DNA of 64,000 nucleotides from Malacoraja senta (Eukaryota). Location: positions 2,604,001 to 2,668,000 of the forward strand of contig CM075989.1 of NCBI GenBank assembly GCA_038087875.1, read 5' to 3'. Positions 36,531-49,944 of this stretch are shown here, piece by piece. The notes under the pieces are model-generated. The model was not told the DNA's origin. It worked only from the letters and a program-made list of their open reading frames with translations, and ran no database searches. The position numbers were made by a program, and so were the translations under genes. Each line of letters begins with the position of its first letter. Position 1 is the first letter of the stretch.

Positions 36531-36844
36531 TTGTAAAGTAGTGTTTAGGATGTGAAAATGTGAGCTTACCTTTACTTAAAAGGGGAATTTAAAGAAGAGA
36601 TGGCTGGTTTTCCAGGATTACCTTAAGGGACATATCCAGGAAAATTCCCTGTTGTGATCGAGGGTCAAGTCCTGGAGAATGTATGTGGCAAGTATGGGGT
36701 GCCTGAGTCAGGTGGAACTTCTATATCTTTCTGTATAACGTGTTACTGGGAAAAACACTGAAGAGGAACATTGTAACTGTGGTTGCAAGATAATTGGACA
36801 CAAGACGGAAGTGGTTGAAAGATATGTTGTGGTTGCGATGGAAT

Positions 36845-37492
36845 TTAGTGTAGTTTAGTTTAGTTTAGAGATACAGCACGGAAACAGGCCCTTCAGCCCT
36901 CCGAGTATGTGTTGACCACCGTTCCCCGCACTCTAACACTATCCTACACAGGCTAGAGACAATTTACAATTATGCCAAGGCATTGGCATACAAACTTGTA
37001 CATCTTTGGAGTGTGGGAGGAAATCGGTGATCCTGGAAAAAGCCCACGTGGTCACAGGGAGAACGTACAAACTCCGTACGGGCAGCACCCGTAGTCAGGA
37101 TCGAACCCGGGTCTCTAGCGCTGTAAGGCAGCAACAGTACTGCTGCACCAATTGATAGGATGAATCTCCTGCTCCTATTGTTTTAGTTTTAGTTTTTGAG
37201 AAACAGCATGGAAACAGACTCTTCGTTCCACCATGACCACGTTGATCGCCCATTCCCACTAGTTCTATGTCATCCTACTTTTTCATTCACTTCCAACACA
37301 TTGGGGGGACAATTTTCCAGAGGCCAATGAACCAACAAACCCACACGCCTTTGAGGTATGAGGGGAAATTAGCGGAAACCAGTGTAGTCACAGGGAGAAC
37401 ATGCAAACTCCATATAGACACCAACCAAGATCGGGATTGAACCCGGGTCTCTGGCACTGTGAGACAGCAGCTCTACCAGATCTACCACTGTA
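36845..37492 (-). mobile_element. Two tandem HE1-type SINEs
   Basis: Two reverse-complement tail-core-head units (about 36845-37150 and 37180-37492). Confidence 0.8.
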
Positions 37493-37922
37493 CTAAAAAT
37501 ATCCTTATCTGCTGATCTCATACCTTCACACACTCAAAGCTTTGACAAACTATTTAATTTTGCAACACATTCAAGAAGAGGAGGCTGGAGCCACACAGGT
37601 TATCCACTGGGAAACCCAGGCCCCTGTTGGTGGTGTTGGAGTCTGGTGTTTACAATCTAGAGGCAATCATAGCTCACATCTCCATTCCCGTACCTTCGGG
37701 CTCATCCAGGGACAGTTGGATCATTTTGTGAGCAAAGCTGCAGTGAGTTCCCAGTCCCCTTTATAATTGTCAGCCCCAGGTTAAACACAATGGTGTTGGT
37801 TCCCCACACTTTAAACCAAAGTCACCCTGAGGAGAAAACATGTGGCTCCCCGATTAAGACATAGAGCATCTGGGATATATTTAGATTGTTAAATCCTACT
37901 CTCCATCAGTGATTTTACACTT

Positions 37923-39213
37923 AGAAACATAGAAACATAGAAAATAGGTGCAGGAGTAGGCCATTCGGCCCTTCGAGCCTGCACCGCCATTCAATATGAT
38001 CATGGCTGATCATCCAACTCAGTATCCTGCACCTGCCTTCTCTCCATACCCCCTGATCCCTTTAGCCACAAGGGCCACATCTAACTCCCTCTTAAATATA
38101 GCCAATGAACTGGCCTCAACAACCTTCTGTGGCAGAGAATTCCACAGATTCACCACTCTCTGTGTAAAAAATGATTTCCTCATCTCGGTCCTAAAAGTCT
38201 TCCCTCTTATCCTTAAACTGTGACCCCTAGTTCTGGACTTACCCAACATCGGGAATAATCTTCCTGCATCTAGCCTGTCCAACCCCTTAAGAATTTTGTA
38301 AGTTTCTATAAGATCCCCCCTCAGTCTTCTGAATTCCAACGTGTACAAGCCGAGTCTATCCAGTCTTTCCTCATATGAAAGGCCCGCCATTCCAGGAATC
38401 AGTCTGGTGAACCTTCTCTGTACTCCCTCTATGGCAAGAATGTCTTTCCTCAGATTAGGAGACCAAAACTGTACGCAATACTCCAGGTGTCGTCTCACCA
38501 AGACCCTGTACAACTGCAGTAGATCCTCCCTGCTCTTATACTCAAATCCTTTTGCTATGAATGCTAACATACCATTTGCTTTCTTCACTGCCTGCTGCAC
38601 CTGCATTCCTACTTTCAATGACTGGTGTACCATGACACCCAGGTCTCGTTGCATCTCCCCTTTTCCCTAATCGGCCACCATTCAGATAATAGTCTACTTT
38701 CCTGTTTTTGCCACCAAAGTGGATAACCTCACATTTATCCACATTATACTGCATCTGCCATGCCTTTGCCCACTCACCCAGCCTATCCAAGTCACCTTGC
38801 AGCCTCCTAGCATCCTCCTCACAGCTAACACTGCCCCCCAGCTTAGTGTCATCCGCAAACTTGGAGATGTTGCATTCAATTCCCTCATCCAGATCATTAA
38901 TATATATTGTAAATAGCTGGGGTCCCAGCACTGAGCCTTGCGGTACCCCACTAGTCACTGCCTGCCATTGTGAAAAGGACCCGTTTACTCCTACTCTTTG
39001 CTTCCTGTCTGCCAGCCAGTTCTCTATCCACATCAATACTGAACCCCCAATACCGTGTGCTTTAAGTTTGTATACTAATCTCTTATGTGGGACCTTGTCG
39101 AAAGCCTTCTGAAAGTCCAGATATAACACATCCACTGGTTCTCCCTTATCCACTCTCCTAGTTACATCCTCGAAAAATTCTATAAGATTCGTCAGACACG
39201 ATTTACCTTTCAT
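37923..39213 (-). mobile_element. CR1 LINE, 5'-truncated, young; RT domain with one frameshift
   Basis: YLDFQKAFDKVPH, SGVPQGSVLGP, SKFADDTK (38542-39258 frame), continuing in the 38019-38654 frame; (catagaaa)n tail. Confidence 0.95.
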
Positions 39214-39289
39214 AAAGCAACTTGGTTGCTTCTTAAATGCTGTTCCAGTTCTACACATTGCAAAGGCGACTTGAAGCGACTAGAGTATT

Positions 39290-39560
39290 GCATTTATCCA
39301 TTGGCTTGGTCTCCACAGCCGTCTGTGGCAACGAATTCCACTGATTCACCACCCTCTGACTAAAAAAATTCCACCTCATCTCCTTTCCAAAGGTATGTCC
39401 TTTTATTCTGAGGTTATACCCTCTGGTCCTAGACTCTCCCACTAGTGGAAATTTCCTCTCTACATCCACTGTATCGAGGTCTTTCACTAATCGGCAAGTT
39501 TCAATGAGGTGCCCCCTCATCCTTCAGGCCTAGTGTCATCAAATGTTCATCATATGTTAA
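39290..39560 (-). mobile_element. CR1 LINE fragment
   Basis: RGHLIET...FPLVGESRTRG...FFSQRVVNQWNSLP. Confidence 0.8.
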
Positions 39561-40099
39561 TGTGCTGATTCGTTATCCACAGATTTGTATACTCGTCAAG
39601 TCAGCGGTGGGGCCAGTCACAAATGATTTTGAACAAATATAATGATATCCATGTTGCGGACCAAGTGCTGTCTGCATCAATAAGACAAGCAGCTTCCAGG
39701 CCACTTGTGTCAAGTGGCTCCATGCTGTGCACTGTCGGAATCAAGCATGGTATTTGTCTACATAGTTGCAGCTTTAAATTTCAAAACCAGGTTATGCTCG
39801 TAAGTTTGAACACATTTGGTTGAAATCGTCTGACCGCTAATCTCATTTCCTTGACATAAAAAGAAAAAATGCTGGAAAAACTCAGGTCGGCAACACCTGG
39901 AGCAAGAGAAACGGGTAATGTTTCGTGACTGGGACTCTTCATCGGAGCTGGGACAGGGTGAAGCAGGGAAGCTACTAGCTGGCAGTGAGGGTACGGGGAG
40001 GGAAATGGGGCCAGCTAAGGGAGGTTCTCCCATAGTGTGAAGTAATGTGGAAGCTAAGGGAACAATTAAACTTAGGTAAAGCTTCATAAGTGATCATTG

Positions 40100-40900
40100 G
40101 CTCTCATCAGTCAGGGCATTGAGTATAAAAGATAGACACAACATGCTGGAGTAACGCAGTGGGTCAGGCAACATCTCTGGACAAAAAAAGAGTAGGTGAC
40201 GTTCCAGGTTGGAACGTATCTTCAGTTGAAGAAGGGTTCTGACCCAAAACATCACCCGAAATATCACTCCAGCAATTTGTGTCTATCTTCAGTATAAACC
40301 AGCATCTGCAGTTCCTTCTTACACATTGAATGTACTGTAAAAGTTGGGAAGTTATGTTATAGTTGTGCAAGATGTAGGTAAGGCCACATCATGTTCACTT
40401 TTGGTCACCTTGTTACAGGAAGTATGTCATTAAGCCAGATAGAGTGTAGAGGAGATTTGCGAGGATGTTGCCAAGATTCGAGGGCCTGAATTATCGGGAA
40501 AAGTTGGGCAGGTTAGGACGTTATTCCTAGGAGGGAAGGAGGCTAAGGGGTGATCTTATAGAGGTGTATAAAATTATGAGAATAAATAAGGTGAATGCCG
40601 TCCTTTAGTCAGGGTTGGGGGAATCAAGAACCATATACACCATGGGTTTAAGATGAGAGTGGCAAGATTTAATAGGAACCTGATAGGCAACTTATCACTC
40701 AGATGGTGATGGGTATATGGAATGAGGAGGGAGTTGAGGCAGGTACTATAACAACATTTAAAAGATACCTGGCCAGGTACCTGGAAAGGAAAGGTTTGAG
40801 GGATTTGGACCAAACACAGACAAATGGCTTAGATGGGGCATCTTGGTCAGCATGGATGAGGTGGGCCGAAGGGACTGATTCCATGCTGTGTGACTATGAC
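40100..40900 (+). mobile_element. Decayed CR1 fragment interrupted by a Penelope-derived hairpin (about 40131-40322)
   Basis: cagggcattgagtat...gttgggaagttatgtt CR1 sequence split by a gatagacacaacatgctgg hairpin. Confidence 0.65.
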
Positions 40901-40976
40901 TATTGCCTTCTAACCCACATACATCCTCTGCTGACTAGAATCATCTGCTTCTTTCTTAATCAGTTCTGATAAAGGA

Positions 40977-41230
40977 TAGTAAGATTAAATGAGAACTTAC
41001 CAGTTTGAAGTTTGATCTTTATTTTATGAGGAGTTACGTTGGTGATTACGTGCCCTCCACTCCCAACCCTCTTTCATAAAGGTCAGCTGGAACTTCTAAA
41101 ATGTACTTGTTTTTCCTATGTTACTTCATTATTGGTGTTTTGTGATTTCACACCGCTGCTTTGAAGATTGACGCGCATGCGCCCTGACGGGTCTTCTTCA
41201 CGTAGTCACTCACGTGACTCCGAAGTAAAA
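40977..41230 (-). mobile_element. DIRS-derived 254-bp mini-element with both termini and no ORFs
   Basis: Minus strand begins ttttacttcggagtcacgtgag (left terminus) and ends ...ttaatcttacta (right terminus); interior is homologous to the spacer 32602-32703. Confidence 0.85.
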
Positions 41231-41844
41231 TCCTTTCCCTGAAACATTAACTCCTATTCTACTGTGGATGCTGCCTGATTTATTATTTCCCAGCAGTTTT
41301 TGTTGTTATTTCAGAATTCCAACAACCACAGTTTGTTTTAATTTTTTATTTCCTATGAGGAGTTTCAATGCGTTTATCTAAATGTGTTAAGGTTTTTAGA
41401 CGTAATGGGGCAGCTTTCTGTTTACCTGGAAGATGGACACAAAATGGTGGAGTAACTCAGCGGGTCAGGCAGTATCTCTGGAGAAAGGTGAATAGGTGAC
41501 GTTCTGGGACGAGACCCTTCTTCAGACTGAGAGTCGGGGGAGAGGGAAACGAGAGATATAGAAGGTAAGATGTGCAGAAAGCAATGATGGTGTTCACACT
41601 GCGGAGGTGGTAAATCTCACTCTAGATAACCCAGCCGTGTGCAGGGGTTTTAATCAGGAAAATAGAGAATGAAAATCCATCAAAAGAATTACCGATGGGC
41701 AGTGACGGATCTGGAAACCTGCACACAAATGTTCTATCCCAGTTTAATTTCCTTTACAACAACACAGAGTGATTCTTCAGAGTGAACAGGTTTCTGTCCC
41801 ATGTCCCCATCTGACTTTTCGAAGCTCTTTAAGACCTCCTCTTT

Positions 41845-42135
41845 CGGGCAGCTGGTCGAGCTTCTGCCTCATAGCGCCAATAAACACGGGCTCGATCCTG
41901 ACCTTGGGTGCTGCCTGTGTGGAGTTTGCTCGTTCACCCTGTGACTGTGTGGGTTTCCTCCGGGTGCTCCGGCTTCCTCACAAACGTGCGGGTTTGTAGG
42001 TTAATTGGCCCTCTGTAAATTGTCCTTCGTGCGTATGGAATGGATGAGAATAGAACCGATGTGAATGGGTGATCGATGTTTAACACGGACTCGGTGGGCC
42101 ACAGAGCCTGTTTGCGTGCTGTATCTTTCAATCAG
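41845..42135 (+). mobile_element. HE1-type SINE
   Basis: Core gatcctgaccttgggtgctgcctgtgtggagtttgc; tail gtatctttcaatc. Confidence 0.8.
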
Positions 42136-42689
42136 TTTAAATACAGGTTTGGCCAACTGCCCTCATTTCCCCTTACGTCACTCATTGGCAGTAGTTTGAT
42201 AATATGCCTGTGAGACATGCTGTTCTTTTGTAACATTAAAATCACTTTATAAATGCAAGTTGTTATTGTTGCTAGCTGTCTATTATTTCCTAATCTGCTT
42301 CAACGCATTGGCACCCCAGCTTCTGAGGAGACTCACAGGGACATTAATCAAACATAACATCCTCTGTGAACAATTAATCACTTGCAAGTCCCGAGCACAA
42401 TCTGGGCCGCAAATCTTTTCAGAACGTGTTGCAGTGTAGACCACAGGACTGGATCTCAGTCTATCCCTCCCCTCTCGGCTGCAGCTTCTACTTTGATGAA
42501 TGTTCAGTCTTTCCAAGGTATCACTGCTACCAGGGTGTCCAGTCCCAAACTCCACAATGTGGCTTACCTGCAGCAGCAACAGCAGAGTGCACAGGTGTTG
42601 CAGTGTTTCCGTGCCATCATATTTCTGAAGATCTTTCCTGGACCCAGCACACTGATGCAATTATAAATAACGTGCATAATCTTCCTGAG

Positions 42690-43075
42690 AAGATTGCAGA
42701 GATTCGGTATGTCAGAGAGGATCCTCGAACTTCTACAGGTGTACAGTAGAGTGGTTGCATCGTGGCCTGGTTCGGCAACTTGAATGCCAGGAGTGAAGAA
42801 GACTACAAAAAGTTGTGAACACTGCCCGGCTCTGACCTCCTCACCATTGAAGGGATTTACAGGAGTCGCTGCCTCAAAAAGGCAGCCAGCATCATCAGAG
42901 ACCCACGCCATCCTGGCCACACACTCATTTCACCCCTGCCATCGGGAAGCCTGAAAACTGTAACGTCCAGGTTCAGGAACAGCTTCTTCCCTACAGCCAT
43001 CAGGCTATTCTGGTGTGCTGCTGGAAGTAAGAATTTCATCATTCTGTCTGGGACATATGACAATAAAACACTCTT
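42690..43075 (+). mobile_element. Rex1/Babar-like LINE 3' fragment
   Basis: gcctggttcggcaac...agcatcatcagagaccc...ggaacagcttcttccc; ends tgacaataaa. Confidence 0.7.
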
Positions 43076-43369
43076 GATTTTTGTTTCTGGAGTTTTGTTT
43101 CGCTGGTTGCCCGTGTTGGAGGCACCAGCTGTCCAGGAATCAATTACTAACCAGCCAACGAGATGCACAAATTATCTGATCATTATCACATCATAGTATA
43201 TGGGGCACTCACTGCACGGCACAAATTGGCTGCAATATCAATGTTGTGATTACAATTAAGTGATGACTATCCTTCAATGGCTGTGTGATAGCTTGAAGTG
43301 ACCTGACTGGTGAAATGCTGTAGAAATGAAACTCCACCTCCTTACCGACATTTGTCTCACCTGCAGCTG

Positions 43370-44035
43370 TTAGTTTGGTTTAGTTTCGTGACACAGCATG
43401 GAAACAAGCCCTCCGGCCCAACGAGTCCACACCAAACAGCAATACCCTGCACACTAAAACCCCTGTCCCACTGTACGAGTTCATTCCAAGAGTTCTCCCG
43501 AGTTTGCACTGATTCGAACTCGGAGATTTACGGTAATGGCCGCTCGTCGGTACTCGGGGCTCTCATCGACATTTTTCAACGTTGAAAACTCTTCACGAGT
43601 CTTCCCGGGCTTACCTGTTGTTAGCGAGTCTTCCCGAGTACCTGCCGTGAGTGTTACGAGCCGCTAAGAGACGTCCCCGAGCTCCGACGTACCCGCTACA
43701 TTCATTCTCCGTGCTTACCACGAGTTGTTGTTTTTTAAAATTCGGGAGAGCTCTTGAATGAACTTGCATCGTGGGATAGAGCCATAACTCTATTCAACAC
43801 ATACTAGGAACAATTTACATTTTATACCTAGCCAATTAGCCTACAAACCTGTACGTCTTTGGAGAATGGGCGGAAACTGAACATCACGGAGAAAATCCAC
43901 GCAGGTCGCGGTGAGAACGTACAAACTCCGAACAGACAACATCTGTAGTCAGGATCAATCCAAGGTCTCTGGCGCTGTAAGGCAGCAACTCTACCATGCA
44001 CCACTGTGCCACCGTGCCACCGTGCCACCGTGCCA
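43370..44035 (-). mobile_element. HE1-type SINE interrupted by a MITE
   Basis: Tail half 43370-43457 and core/head half 43788-44035. Confidence 0.75.
43458..43784. mobile_element. PIF/Harbinger-type MITE (degenerate TIR)
   Basis: cctgtcccac...gagttcattccaagagttctcccga vs tcgggagagctcttgaatgaact...gtgggatag; TAA on both flanks. Confidence 0.7.
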
Positions 44036-45134
44036 AAAACCATTCCCTCTCCTTCTTTGGTGCTCCTTCTGCATTTAGCTTGGATTAAAACAAATTCAAA
44101 GCACTACAGCGGAGAAATAGACTGTTCAGCCCACTCAGTCCATGCTAGCCCTTTGTTGAGCAACCCAGTCAGTTATCCCTTTGGTTGTCAAGCTTCACAC
44201 CTAGACCTATCTTCCTCTCAGCAACTCACTAACAGTTTCTCTCCCTTTAATATATTTCTGCACATTTCCGCACTTTGCTCCACATAATCCTTATTTACAT
44301 TTCCCTCTAACTTCGCTGTCAGTCAATATCCAGCTCCAGCTGTTCCAGTCTCTCCCTCTCTCCCATTGTCAGAGTGATCATTCTGTTTGCCTCTGTTGTC
44401 AGTATGTCCCTCTCTCTCTCTCTCTATCCTATCTGACAATATCTATCCATAGTGTACATCAGTTCACGTTAGCATGTGACAGCTCTGGACAAGCCATTAA
44501 GGGCAGTATATACAAAGCAAATGAGAAGTTGCATCACATTCATTAGGAAGTCATCGTGATGCTGAGTTAATGACATCTTGAGGGCTTTTTCAGTGGAGCT
44601 GAGAAGATTAAGCAGTGATTTTCAAGATTTTTATGGGATGTAATAAGGTAAATAATGATGGATTGATTCCATTGCTCAGTGAGTTGTTCCGAGAGAGAAC
44701 ACATTTAAGATAATTATTAAAAAAATTTAAACAGAGATTGGGAAAAAAATGACTCCCATGCAAAGGGACATTTTCTATCAGAGCATAAAGGATTACTGGA
44801 AAGTTTAATGAAGGTTCTTTAAAATTCTGAAGGATTTTGATCGAGTGAATTGAAAGACTAGTTAGGAAGTCAATTAATGCTGTCACTAAGAGCGAGGAGA
44901 AATACCATGAGAGAAAGTCTTCATGCTGGGGTTTGTCGGCGCATGGAATGGTTTACTACGGAAAGTAGTCAAGGCATTAAACTACTGCTTAAATTAAGGG
45001 AATATTGGATAAATAAGTGAAGCAAAGGAAGGCACAGGGATATGAAGGGAATTCGATTTTTGTAAGTGATAGCCAAGAACTGTCACAGACCAGGGAAGCA
45101 GAGATTCACTGAGTTATGGAGCTACCCTGCGGGT

Positions 45135-45443
45135 TTAGTCTATTTTTAGTTTAGAGATACAGCGCGGAAACAGGCCCTTCGGCCCATCTAGCCGACCAGC
45201 GGTCCCCGCACATTAACACTATCCTACACCCACTAGGGACAATTCAAAATGTTACCGAAGCCAATTAGCTGACAAACCTGCACGTCTTTGAAGGCATGGG
45301 AGGAAACCGGAGCACCCGGAGAAAACCCACGCGGGTTGCGGGGGAGAACGTACAGACTCCGTACAGACAGCACCCGTAATCGGGATCGAATTCGGGTCCC
45401 AGCCGCTGTAAGGCAGCAGCTCTACCGCTGCGCCACTGTGCCA
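45135..45443 (-). mobile_element. HE1-type SINE
   Basis: Reverse-complement head, core and tail. Confidence 0.85.
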
Positions 45444-45759
45444 GTCGTTACAAACTGTGTCTAGGGTCCCATATACTTTTGACGAATGAGCTGTGGACAC
45501 CAGCAGGATGTCAGGAGAGCCAGGCAGTTATCACACTGAATCACCCTACTCCACAGAATGTGGTATACATCGAAACAGAATGCTGAGTGAAGCCACAGGA
45601 GCCTACCTGCTCAAACACCAACTAAGTTCAAGTTTAAGTTCAAATGTATTTATCACATGCACCATAGGATGCAGTGGAATGGATTTACCATGCAGCGTTA
45701 AGATTCAAAAAGGACATAATACACAACATAATGCAACACAGACATCCACCACAGCAGTC

Positions 45760-46013
45760 TAGGCTCCTCCCGCTGCTGGACATGGGGGGTAGGGTGTGGT
45801 GGAGACGCCCCTCAAAATAAGGGAAGGGATCCCACGCCAGTGGGTCACGTGAGTGGCAAGGGTGGGGGATACATTTGTGAAATTTGAGCAATGTATGTAG
45901 ACTGTATTGGACATTTTGTATAGCCTCCGAAAATGCCCGATGCATTTTTTGCACGGTTCATGTATTGTATATATTTATTACCTGAATAAAGTCAATTTTG
46001 AAATATTAAAAAA
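45760..46013 (+). mobile_element. Possible 3' end of an L1/Tx1-like LINE
   Basis: G-rich then T-rich 3' UTR-like stretch, aataaa and A-rich tail (gaataaagtcaattttgaaatattaaaaaa). Confidence 0.35.
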
Positions 46014-46052
46014 GCATTGATCACTGTGGTGGAAGGCAATACAGTTCAGACA

Positions 46053-46116
46053 GTCCTCCTCCTCCTCCTCCTCCTCCTCCTCCTCCTCCTCCTCCTCCTC
46101 CTCCTCCTCCTCCTCC
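46053..46116. repeat. (CCT)n microsatellite
   Basis: Directly visible. Confidence 0.95.
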
Positions 46117-47399
46117 CTTGTTCACCCGTGGTCGGGGCCCTGACCATCAGTAGTCGCCACTACTGATAACCCATCTAAGTGGAAGTTAGTTATCATCTCA
46201 TAGCTGGCCTCGGGTTTGAATTAACCCATTGTGGTTACCTACCCATGTTCACAATTTCAAATGCTCATGGGTCCTATGAGCAGAATTAGGCCATTCGGCC
46301 CATCAAGTCCACTCCTCCATTCAATTATGGCTGATCTATCTTTCCCTCTCAACTCCATTCTCCTGCCTTCTCCCACCTACTAATTGAGAAACCTGGGTAA
46401 TCATTTCTGAACATGATCGGCATGGGCAAGATGGGCCGAAGGGCCAGTTTCCATGACAATGACACTATGACCCTTTGATTCACTTTGTGTCATGTTTGGT
46501 AAACCATCATTAAACACAAAGCACTCTGGTTTGTGTTAAAGTTGGGAGCAGACACTTTCCTCAGTTGCTAAGACATTGATTGGCAAATCAATGAGTTTAG
46601 GAACAATTAAATTGTTAGAAAGAATGAGTTGTAGAAATGGGATTAGATTAGGCACACGTGGATAATATTCACAGAATGGCAAGTTGATTGACTTGCTTCT
46701 TAAGATCATATGTGATAGGAGCAGAATTAGGCCATTCTGCCCATCAAGTCTACTCCACCATTCACTCATATCTCTCCATCCTAACTCCATTATCCTGCCT
46801 CCCCATAACCTCTGACACTTGCTTCTCTTTCTTTACCAAATGATATCATGTTCTGCCTCCAGTTTTATATTTCAGATACTTTTATGAGATAGGAGAGCTC
46901 ACAAGTTACTTTAGAAATCAGATCACAATCTCGGTTCAATCTTAGAATGCATAAACATGGAGCAGCTGATGCAGGTTTAAAAAAAAGACACAAAGTGTTG
47001 GAGTAAGTCAGCGGGTCATAGAAACATAGAAACCTAGACAATAGGTGCAGGAAGAGGCCATTTGGCCCTTTGAGCCAGCACCACCATTCATTGTGATCAT
47101 GGCTGATCATCCACAATCAGTACCCCGTTCCTCCCTTCTGCCCATATCCCTTGATTCCACTAGCCCCTAGAGCTAGGGTCAGGCAGCATATCTGGAGAAC
47201 ATGGACAGGAGATGTTTCAAGTCGGGACCCTTCTTCAATTGAATCTTGATAGGCATTCATATGTCTAAAGCCACGGAACTGCATGTATGTGATGCTGCAC
47301 TCACTGATATTATCATCAAAGTAGTACCTGAGCCTTGAATCTTATACACAGTGTTGGAAGCAACATACAGTGACGGAGTTACTTACTGAGTTTGAGTTT

Positions 47400-47719
47400 C
47401 GTTTGGACTTTTAGACTTTTAGACTTTAGAGATACAGTGTGGAAACAGGCCCTTCAGCCCACTAAGTCCACACAGACAAGCGATCACCACATCCACTGGC
47501 ACTATCCTACACACAAGGGACAATTTACAATTCACTAAAAATCAATTAACCTACAAACCTGTACGTCTTTGGAGTGTGGGAGGAAAACGGAACACCCGGA
47601 GAAAACCCATGTGGTCACAGGGAAAACATACAAACTCCGTACAGACAGCACCCATAGATCAAACCTGGGTCTCTGGTGCTGTGAGGCAGCAACTCTCTCA
47701 CTGCGCCACTGTGCTGCCC
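47400..47719 (-). mobile_element. HE1-type SINE
   Basis: (gacttta)n tail; reverse-complement core and head. Confidence 0.85.
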
Positions 47720-48090
47720 TTATTGTCATATGTGCCGAGGTACAGTGAAAAGCTTTTGTTGCGTGCTAACCAGTCAGCAGAAAGGCAATACATGATTACA
47801 ATCGAGCCAGCCACAGTGTACAGATACACGATAAGAGGAATAACGTGAATAATGTTTAGTGCAAGGTAAAGTTAGTAAAGTCTGACCAAAGATAGCCCGA
47901 GGGTCTCCAATAAGGTAGATATTAGTTCAGCACTGCTCCCTGGTTGTGGTGGGATGATTCAGTTGCCTAATAACAGCTGGGAAGAAACTGCCCCTGAATC
48001 TGGAGGTGTGGGTTTTCACATTTCCGTATCTTATGCCCGATGGGGTAGGGGAGAAGAGGAAATGGCCGGGCTGCGACTTGTCCTTGAGTG
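47720..48090 (-). mobile_element. Rex1/Babar-like LINE 3' fragment
   Basis: SQPGHFLFSPTPSGIRY...SRFRGSFFPAVIRQLN. Confidence 0.7.
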
Positions 48091-48617
48091 ACACATCATT
48101 CACGGTTGGACCACTCACACTGCAGCAGGCAGCATATTCAGATGTGAAGGACACAAGCAGTGGGTTTGCTAAGTGTGGTAGAGGTGTTTGTAGATGCACA
48201 CAGCAGTTTATCCCATTGGACATCAGCCTCATCTCATCAGGATTGGGATCTCTATCCTCGATACATCACACTGTCACATCAAGCTCTAACCTGACCAGGA
48301 GGGAGCTCCACTGCTAAGCATTGCAGTACAGAACATCTCTGCACTTCAACCCATTCATAGAAACATGGAAACATAGAAAATAGGTGCAGGAGTAGGCCAT
48401 TCGGCCCTTTTGAGCCAGCACCACCATTCAATATGATCATGGCTGATCATCCAAAATCAGTACCCCGTTCCTGCTTTTTCCCCATATCCCATGATTGCGG
48501 AGAATCAAGGCTATGAACAGAGGAAGTGTTCACACGTAGCTGTGTCGGCAAAGGGGCAGAGATTCTATGGCCAATCTCTCCCTCCCTCTCTGCACAAACG
48601 CATGCGTGCTTGTGTCT

Positions 48618-49150
48618 CATAAAGCATGGTACAGTACAACACAGGAACAGGCCCTTCGGCCCACAAGGTCCGTGTCGAACATGATGCCATGATAAACTAA
48701 TCTCTGCTCCCTGCACATGAACCATATCCATCCATTGCCTACGTATCCATGTGCCTATCAAAAAGCCTCTTAAATACCACTGTTGTACCTACCTCCACCA
48801 CCACCCCAGGCAGCACATTCCAGACACCCACCACCCTTGATGTAAAAACTTGCCCGCACATCTCCGTTAAACTTTCCCCTCTCACCTTAAAGGTACTCTA
48901 TGTCCACCAGTCTTTGACTTTTCCACCCCAGGAAAAAGGTTCTGAATGTTCAAGTTATCTGTGCCTCTCATAAATTTTTCCATCTATCATGTCTCCCCTC
49001 AACCTCTGATGCTCCAGAGAAAAGAATCCAAGTCTGTCCAACGTCTTCCAGCTAATTGAGGCAGCATTCTGGTAGACCTCTTCTGCACGCTCTCCAAAAG
49101 CCTCTGCATCCTTCCTGTAATGGGGCGACCAGAACTGCCTACATTACTCC
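48618..49150 (-). mobile_element. CR1 LINE 3' fragment
   Basis: CR1 tail acaggaacaggcccttcggcccac and degenerate ORF2 end. Confidence 0.65.
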
Positions 49151-49294
49151 AATTTGCAACTCAGTCAGTGTGCAACTCACTCTTACTCTCTGAGCGAACA
49201 GATTGGAAGTCCACCTCCCATTCCACAAACTCCCATTCTGGACTGACGGTCCTATGTGTTTAGTGTAGATTTAGTATAAATCAAAACTAAAGAT

Positions 49295-49582
49295 TAGTTT
49301 AGTTTAGAGATACAGCATGGAAACAGGCCCTTCGGCCCACCGAGTCCATGCCGACCAACAACCACCCGTACTATCCTATACACTATAGGGCAATTTACAG
49401 AAGCCAATTAACGTACAAAATTACATGACTTTGGAATTTGGGAGGAAAACAGTGCAGCCGGAGAAAACACATGCGGTCACGGGGAGAAGGTACAAACTTC
49501 ACACAGACAGCACCCGTGGTCAGGATCGAACCTGAATATCTGGTGCTGTAAGGCTGCAACTCTACCGCTGCGCCACCGTGCC
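49295..49582 (-). mobile_element. HE1-type SINE
   Basis: Reverse-complement head, core and tail. Confidence 0.85.
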
Positions 49583-49944
49583 TCCCAGTCCAGAGGGTTC
49601 ACTGTATGGGGACCAGGCCCTTCAACCAATAACAATTTTCTTGCTCAGGTCTTATAACACATTCTTGAAGATGTCAGGAATTGTAATCTTCCACCAAGAT
49701 CTGAGTAATATAAACTGATTATCTCCTCATGGCAGCTTGTGGATTCATGCTGTGAACAAATTGGATGAATTTCTCGCATCACCACATTTTAAAAGCACTT
49801 GAAATTTTCGCTACCATCACGGGCTTGATTCCTACCACGTTTCCCCTATTCAGACTTGTATATACCTCGTTCCTTCATCATAATGGCCACAATCCTGCTT
49901 CCCCCAACCTAATAACACCATGGGAGTACTTACTACACAGTTCT

